A DNA stretch of 12,126 nt, taken from NCBI GenBank assembly GCA_036336835.1, contig JAYZFK010000020.1, positions 1-12,126 of the forward strand, written 5' to 3'. The notes under the pieces were generated by a model. It had not been told where the DNA came from. It saw nothing but the letters and a program-made list of their open reading frames with translations, and made no database searches. This stretch comes from Myxococcota bacterium (GTDB lineage: Bacteria > Myxococcota_A > UBA9160 > UBA4427). This document shows positions 7,382-12,126 of this stretch, in pieces. Every line of letters starts with the position of its first letter. Within the stretch, counting starts at the first letter, position 1. A program made the position numbers and the translations under genes.

Positions 7382-8746
7382 CTAGTCCCCGTCGATCCCG
7401 GGGAACAGCAGCTGCACGGTTCCGGCCTCGTCGATCCGCACGAACAGGATCACGTCGTCTCCAACCTCGAGTCGGTGCTCCCCTCTGGGAATCACGGCCC
7501 GACCGCGGCGGACAACCGCGGCGACGATCAGGCCCTGTGGAATCTCGATGTCAGCAAGCGTCTCGCCAGCGACGGCGCTGTGCTCCAACACGCGCCGCTG
7601 GACGAACTGCGCTGCGCCGTTCTCGAGCGATACGATGCTCGATTGGTAGTTCGCGTTGATGAAATTGTGGATCCGCTCGACCGCAATCACGCGAGGAGAG
7701 ACGACATCGAGCAGTCCGACCTTCCGCCACAGTGTCGAGGTCTCGCTCTTCTGGACGAGTGCGGTCATCCGCTTCGCGCCGAGTTCCTGGGCGAGCAGGC
7801 AGGCCATCAGATTCGTCTCGTCGTTGCCGGTGAGCGCGATGAATGACTCGGCGCGCCCCACGCCCTCTGCGGCGAGCGTGGCCATGTCGATCGCGTCGCC
7901 CTGCACGATGTCGAAGTCGGGAAAGGTTGCCGCAAGCTCCTCGGCACGAGCACGGTCGGTCTCGATCAGCTTGACCGAGTCCGCCTGCCCCTCGAGCCCC
8001 TTGGCGACGGCATGTGCTGTCGCGCCGCCCCCCGCGATGACGACGAGCCCGAGCGTGCGCGAGTGACCGCTGATCATCCGCTCGACTTCGTCGATCACCG
8101 CGCTCGTGCCCACCAGCAGGGCTTCGTCGCCCGCCTGGGCGCGATCGTCGCCGGTCGGGACGACCAGCCGTCCACCCGACAGATAGGCCAGCACCAGGCA
8201 ATCATCGGGGAGCCCGGCGTCCGCCAATCGCCGCTCGTGGAGCACCGAGCCTGCTTCGATCTGGGTTCGCCGCACCTGCAACGCGCCGCGCGCGAGGTAC
8301 TCGACCTCGATCGTATTGAGCCCGAGAACGTGGTTGAGAATGCGCGTCCGCGTCAGCAGCGGTGTCGACAGCAGCAGGTCCGCTCGAAACGTTCGTTCGT
8401 AGACACTCCCGTAGTTGACGACATCTTCGGAAGTTGCGAGCCGCACAACCGTGCGAGGAGCACCGATCTGCTTCGCAAGAAGCGCCGCCACGAGGTTCGC
8501 CTCGTCCGAGACGCTCGCCGCAACGAATACGTCGCAGCTCCCCGCCCCCGCTTCCTCGAGCGTCGGGACGTGAGTCCCGTCGCCTAGCACGAAGCCAACA
8601 TCGAGCGCCTCTTCGACGCGCTGCCGCTTGGCAGCGTCCTTGTCGATCAGCGAAACTTCGTGCCCTTCGAGCGACAAGGTCCTGGCCAGGTGACAGCCCA
8701 CCTCCCCGGCACCCATGACGACGAAGCGCTTCGTGTGTCCTTGCAT
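7382..8746 (-). CDS. trkA: Trk system potassium uptake regulatory subunit TrkA (tandem RCK_N/RCK_C x2)
   Basis: 454 aa from ATG 8746 (MQGHTKRFVVMGAGEVG), with DEANLVAALLAK, a second Rossmann motif IAGGGATA, TGNDETNL and VIPRGEHRLEVGDDV. It ends 10 nt upstream of trkH. The ORF-track start at 8854 overlaps the upstream gene and is unlikely. Confidence 0.95.
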   Translation of the reverse strand: MQGHTKRFVVMGAGEVGCHLARTLSLEGHEVSLIDKDAAKRQRVEEALDVGFVLGDGTHVPTLEEAGAGSCDVFVAASVSDEANLVAALLAKQIGAPRTVVRLATSEDVVNYGSVYERTFRADLLLSTPLLTRTRILNHVLGLNTIEVEYLARGALQVRRTQIEAGSVLHERRLADAGLPDDCLVLAYLSGGRLVVPTGDDRAQAGDEALLVGTSAVIDEVERMISGHSRTLGLVVIAGGGATAHAVAKGLEGQADSVKLIETDRARAEELAATFPDFDIVQGDAIDMATLAAEGVGRAESFIALTGNDETNLMACLLAQELGAKRMTALVQKSETSTLWRKVGLLDVVSPRVIAVERIHNFINANYQSSIVSLENGAAQFVQRRVLEHSAVAGETLADIEIPQGLIVAAVVRRGRAVIPRGEHRLEVGDDVILFVRIDEAGTVQLLFPGIDGD

Positions 8747-8774
8747 GGTCGTTCTGTCCGCGGAAGAGCAGCCG

Positions 8775-9251
8775 CTAGCTGCAGACGATGTTCGGCCGCG
8801 GCAGGCTCTGTGCCTCGCATAGCGCGAAGTAGGCGTCGCGGATCGCGCTTGCATCCAGCACGCTCTCGACGTTGCCGTCCGGGTCGAGGTTCAAGTTCGC
8901 ACCGGTGATCGCAAACCACACATCCGTATCCTCGCTGTTGCCTTCGGGCACGCTGAGCGTATGGACCGAGCCAGCCGGCTCGTACAGATACGAGCCAGCC
9001 CGGTTCACCTCCGGGTACTCGACGTACTTCCACGAGCCGGCAGTCGTAAATGCAAACACTTCGCCCGTATGCTTGTGGCGTTGGACCTTCATCCCGGGCT
9101 TGAACTGGTTGCGAATCACCCAGAGGCCCTTCGCGACATCGATGTGTAGAAGCTGCAGCGTCGAGCCGTCGCCGATGTCGACGAACGGGATCTCGTCCTC
9201 CCCGCGGTGGAGCGCCGTCGGAATGCCGGGAATCGCGGTCGCGGTCGCCAT
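8775..9251 (-). CDS. 2,4'-dihydroxyacetophenone dioxygenase family (ChrR-like cupin) protein
   Basis: 158 aa from ATG 9251 with a GGAGG Shine-Dalgarno. Cupin motifs HKHTGEVFAFTTAGSWKY.EY and AGSYLYEPAGSVHTL give a 3-His metal site. The 566-aa ORF-track call is an antisense extension. Confidence 0.88.
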   Translation of the reverse strand: MATATAIPGIPTALHRGEDEIPFVDIGDGSTLQLLHIDVAKGLWVIRNQFKPGMKVQRHKHTGEVFAFTTAGSWKYVEYPEVNRAGSYLYEPAGSVHTLSVPEGNSEDTDVWFAITGANLNLDPDGNVESVLDASAIRDAYFALCEAQSLPRPNIVCS

Positions 9252-9271
9252 GCTCGCCCCTCCCCTGTGAA

Positions 9272-9282
9272 GCAGTGTAGCC
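9272..9282 (-). promoter_or_regulatory. Putative -10 element for cupin-trkA-trkH
   Basis: Minus strand GGCTACACTGC (TACACT = TAnnnT), about 22 nt upstream of the cupin ATG. Confidence 0.5.
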
Positions 9283-9346
9283 CCAGCTGGGTTCCTGGCC
9301 GCAGACGCCTGGTCCGCCAGATCCACCTCCCATGCCCGCGTCACGC

Positions 9347-9357
9347 GGCTAGACTGC
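9347..9357 (+). promoter_or_regulatory. Putative -10 element for LLM oxidoreductase-SDR
   Basis: GGCTAGACTGC (TAGACT = TAnnnT), about 34 nt upstream of ATG 9390. Confidence 0.5.
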
Positions 9358-9389
9358 GCCTCCCGACGAAGCTCGCCGCAGGAGAGGTC

Positions 9390-10406
9390 ATGAAGGTCGA
9401 GGCTGCCATGATGCACCAGGACGTCACGAAGCTGCCCGAGGTCGCGCAACGCCTCGAGCGCCAGGGCTTCGACTGTGCGGTCAGCTTCGAGGGACCGCAC
9501 GACCCCTTCTTCCCGATCTTGCAATCGGCCGACCGGACCGAGCGCATCGAGCTGGCGACCGGCGTGGCGATTGCCTTCGCACGCAACCCGATGATCGTGG
9601 CGCAGATCGCCAACGATCTGCAGCTGTTGTCGGGCGGGCGATTCATCCTCGGCCTCGGCTCGCAGATCAAGCCGCACATCGAACGACGCTTCAGTATGCC
9701 CTGGTCCAGACCTGCGGCGCGGATGCGCGAGTTCGTTCAGGCGGTGCGCGCAATCTGGCGAACCTGGGAAACCAACGAGGCCCTGCGCTTCCAGGGTGAT
9801 TTCTACACCCACACGCTGATGACACCGGTCTTCAATCCAGGCCCGAATCCGCACGGGGTGCCGAAGATCCTGGTCGCGGGCGTGGGCCCGAAGATGATCG
9901 AGGTCGCGGGTGAGGTCGGTGATGGCCTCTTTGTCCATCCGCTGAATACACCCGGCTTCCTGCGCGATCTCGTGCATCCCGCACTCGAACGCGGACTGTC
10001 GGCATCCGGCCGCTCGCGCTCCGACTTCGAGATCTCCTGCCAGACGATCACGATGATGGGCGCGAACGACGAGCAGATCGCGAGCGCGCGCAATCAGGCG
10101 AAGGGTCAGCTCTCCTTCTACGGATCGACGCCGGCCTACAAGGTCGTGCTCGATCACGAGGGCTGGGGTGACATCCAGCCGGAGCTGAACCGCCTGTCCA
10201 AGCAGGGAAAGTGGTTCGAGATGATGGGCCTGATCTCGGACGACATGCTCGACACGATCGGGGTCTCGGGCACACCCGGAGAGGTCGGGGCCAAGCTGCG
10301 CGAGCGCAATACAGCCTACGCGGATCGCACGATGCTCACGCTGTACGACGAAACAGGCGACGCCGATGCCATCACGGACGTGGTGAAGGCGATCCAGCTG
10401 GGGTAG
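9390..10406 (+). CDS. LLM-class oxidoreductase, probably F420-dependent (TIGR03617/MSMEG_2256-like)
   Basis: 338 aa from ATG 9390, AGGAGAGG upstream. Motifs: EGPHDPF, LATGVAIAFARNPM, GRFILGLGSQIKPHIERRFSMPWS.PAARMRE, GDFYTHTLMTP.F, AGVGPKM, VHP, FYGSTPAY. Confidence 0.9.
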   Translation: MKVEAAMMHQDVTKLPEVAQRLERQGFDCAVSFEGPHDPFFPILQSADRTERIELATGVAIAFARNPMIVAQIANDLQLLSGGRFILGLGSQIKPHIERRFSMPWSRPAARMREFVQAVRAIWRTWETNEALRFQGDFYTHTLMTPVFNPGPNPHGVPKILVAGVGPKMIEVAGEVGDGLFVHPLNTPGFLRDLVHPALERGLSASGRSRSDFEISCQTITMMGANDEQIASARNQAKGQLSFYGSTPAYKVVLDHEGWGDIQPELNRLSKQGKWFEMMGLISDDMLDTIGVSGTPGEVGAKLRERNTAYADRTMLTLYDETGDADAITDVVKAIQLG

Positions 10407-10507
10407 CGCGACAACTCGAGCGTCACGCCCGGCGCTACCGGGTCCGATCTCGCGCCCTCCAGGCGCATCGCACATCCGCCGGCCGCCCGCCGGCCAGGAG
10501 CTCCAGC

Positions 10508-11293
10508 ATGACCGAGAGCGTCTTCCGCAACGACATTCTGAGCGCTCAGGTCGCGCTCATCACCGGCGGCGGAACAGGGATCGGCAAGGAGATCGCGCGC
10601 ACGCTCGGCGAGCACGGCGCCCGGCTCGCCATCTGCAGCCGCAAGCAGGACGTGATCGAGGCGACCGCCAACGAGCTCCACGAGAACGGCCACGAATGCC
10701 TCGCCATCCCCTGCGACGTACGCAAGCCCGATGAAGTCGAAGGCGTGATCCGCGGCGTGCTGTCGCACTACGGGCGACTCGACATCGTGGTCAACAACGC
10801 TGCGGGCAACTTTCCGGCTCCGATCGCCGGGCTGTCCTACAACGGATTCAAGGCGGTCGTCGATATCGATCTGCTCGGCACCTACAACGTCTCCAAGGCC
10901 GCCTTCGATGCCTGGCTCGGCGAGCACGGCGGCAACGTCGTCAACATCAGCGCACCCTACGAGCGCCAGGGTCCGGCCCTGCAGGCTCACGTCGCCGCGG
11001 CAAAGATGGGCGTCGACGCTCTCACGCGCACGTGCGCGGTCGAGTGGTGGTCGAAGGGCATCCGCGTCAACGGCATCGCGCCCGGCGCCACCGAGGGCAC
11101 CGAGGGCATGGCGCGCTACGCGAAGGTGGCGGGCGACGACTCGGCCGAGAAGAGCCGGCGACGCAACGGAACGAAACGCGAGATGGCGAACTGCGTGTTG
11201 TTCCTGGTGAGCGACGCGGCGAGCTACGTCAGCGGCCAGATCTTCTGCGTGGACGGCGGCGCCACGATCGACACGCTCAAGATGCCGCTCTGA
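10508..11293 (+). CDS. SDR, peroxisomal-type 2,4-dienoyl-CoA reductase-like (DECR2/Sps19 group)
   Basis: 261 aa from ATG 10508, AGGAG at 10496-10500. Motifs: TGGGTGIG, CSRK, NNAAGNF..P...LS.NGFKAVVDIDLLGTYN.SKA, NISA, LQAHVAAAK, GIRVNGIAPG..EGTEGM. Confidence 0.85.
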   Translation: MTESVFRNDILSAQVALITGGGTGIGKEIARTLGEHGARLAICSRKQDVIEATANELHENGHECLAIPCDVRKPDEVEGVIRGVLSHYGRLDIVVNNAAGNFPAPIAGLSYNGFKAVVDIDLLGTYNVSKAAFDAWLGEHGGNVVNISAPYERQGPALQAHVAAAKMGVDALTRTCAVEWWSKGIRVNGIAPGATEGTEGMARYAKVAGDDSAEKSRRRNGTKREMANCVLFLVSDAASYVSGQIFCVDGGATIDTLKMPL

Positions 11294-11316
11294 ACAGTTC
11301 CACCTGGACGGGACCC

Positions 11317-12126
11317 CTAGCCCCCCAGCCGCTCTAGCAACTGGTCCTCGAAGCCGAAGTCGAAGTCGCGCGTCTCGTGCAGACCCTCGGAGCGGAACCA
11401 GTCCCAGGTCTGTTCGACCGCACTCTTGAAGCGGTATTCCGGCTGCCAGCCGACGTCGCTCTTCAGCCGGTCCACGCTGAACAAGACGCTGCGGTTCCAG
11501 CGGTGGAGATTCGGGGCGAGTCTCGGGATCAGGCTCTGGAGCCGGAACAGCTGTGCCACCCGTGGATCCTGTTGGCCGGCGCGAACGTCGGCCATGACCG
11601 GGATCGACTTGCCCGAGACCTCGATCTTGCCATCCCACAGGTCGTCCATCAGCGCGGCCGGAACGAAGACCTTGTCGGGTGCCACGCCGGTCACTTCCGC
11701 AATCGTGTCGACATAGCCCTCGTCGCTGAAATAGTCGTCGCCGGTCAGGTTGTAGCGTTTTCCGAAGGTCACGGACTGGCCCATCATCATGCGCATGGCC
11801 CTGGCCTGGTCGTCGACGTGGCCCACCATTCCGAGCGTGGTGCCATCACCCGGGATCAGCACCCTCCGTCCCTTCAGCATTCGCATGAACATGCGCTGCT
11901 CACGCTCCGGAATGATGTTGTTCGGCCCGAAGACCATCGAGAACGCGACGATCGAGCACGGGAAGCCGTTGGCCCGATGCTCGCGCAGCAGGATGTCCTC
12001 GCACAGCAGCTTGTTCATCCCGTAGCCGTTCTGATCGGGGCCGCGATCGACAGGGTGACCTTCGGTGATCGGGAGCAGGTCGGACGGCGCGTAGATCACC
12101 GTCGAGCTCGCAAACAGGTAGTGCGC
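11317..12126 (-). CDS. NAD-dependent epimerase/dehydratase family (extended/atypical SDR), 5' truncated
   Basis: Frame is open to the window edge (AHYLFASSTVIY). Motifs: LPITEGHP, YGMNKLLCE (YxxxK), VFGP, IPGDG, HVDDQARA, YNLTG, LKSDVGWQPEY..AVEQTWDWF. Confidence 0.88.
   Translation of the reverse strand, partial: AHYLFASSTVIYAPSDLLPITEGHPVDRGPDQNGYGMNKLLCEDILLREHRANGFPCSIVAFSMVFGPNNIIPEREQRMFMRMLKGRRVLIPGDGTTLGMVGHVDDQARAMRMMMGQSVTFGKRYNLTGDDYFSDEGYVDTIAEVTGVAPDKVFVPAALMDDLWDGKIEVSGKSIPVMADVRAGQQDPRVAQLFRLQSLIPRLAPNLHRWNRSVLFSVDRLKSDVGWQPEYRFKSAVEQTWDWFRSEGLHETRDFDFGFEDQLLERLGG

Noticed and set aside
6403..7846. 418-aa and 318-aa plus-strand ORFs
   Set aside because: Antisense to clear trkH/trkA genes, with no recognisable domain.
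8775..10475. 566-aa ORF suggesting a large fusion ending in a cupin
   Set aside because: The N-terminal ~400 aa are the antisense shadow of the LLM gene. The cupin has its own SD and ATG at 9251.
9207..10507. Long N-terminal extensions of the LLM (from 9207) and the SDR (from 10211) in the ORF track
   Set aside because: Both overlap neighbouring genes. Strong SD plus ATG at 9390 and 10508 give family-typical lengths.
10407..10507. Possible terminator or small RNA in the 101-nt LLM-SDR spacer (CCCGG-cgcta-CCGGG hairpin, tandem CCGCCGGCC)
   Set aside because: Stems are short and GC-only with no U-tract and no recognisable RNA motif. Expected by chance at this GC content.
11292..11300. GAAC-A-GTTC dyad resembling the 1591-1600 palindrome
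   Set aside because: Different spacing, and it lies at convergent gene ends rather than in a promoter.
10316..11638. 440-aa minus-strand ORF
   Set aside because: Shadow of the DECR-like SDR that also overlaps the epimerase out of frame.
1..12126. CRISPR array, IS/transposase, integrase, tRNA/rRNA, riboswitch or defence system
   Set aside because: No spaced direct repeats, recombinase/nuclease motifs or RNA-gene signatures were seen. All intergenic gaps are under about 140 nt.

Overview
GC-rich, gene-dense bacterial chromosomal segment with 13 supportable CDS, two of them cut by the window edges. In order: sulfatase-like C-terminus (+), amidohydrolase-2 (-), acyl-CoA thioesterase II (+), GT-C/GT87-like membrane protein (-), FabG-like SDR (-), EthD-domain protein (+), SnoaL/NTF2-like protein (+), trkH (-), trkA (-), 2,4'-dihydroxyacetophenone-dioxygenase-family cupin (-), probable F420-dependent LLM oxidoreductase (+), DECR2-type 2,4-dienoyl-CoA reductase-like SDR (+), extended SDR (-, partial). 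The genes form short units around three divergent promoter regions and meet tail-to-tail with almost no spacing. I saw no RNA genes, mobile elements or CRISPR arrays. The most interesting points are a regulator-less mix of lipid/aromatic catabolic enzymes around a Gram-negative-type TrkAH, a cupin dioxygenase apparently heading the trkAH unit, a mirror-image promoter motif, a KstR-box-like palindrome and several atypical enzyme motifs. Family calls come from motif recognition by eye, with no database searches. I cannot demonstrate a new system from this window.
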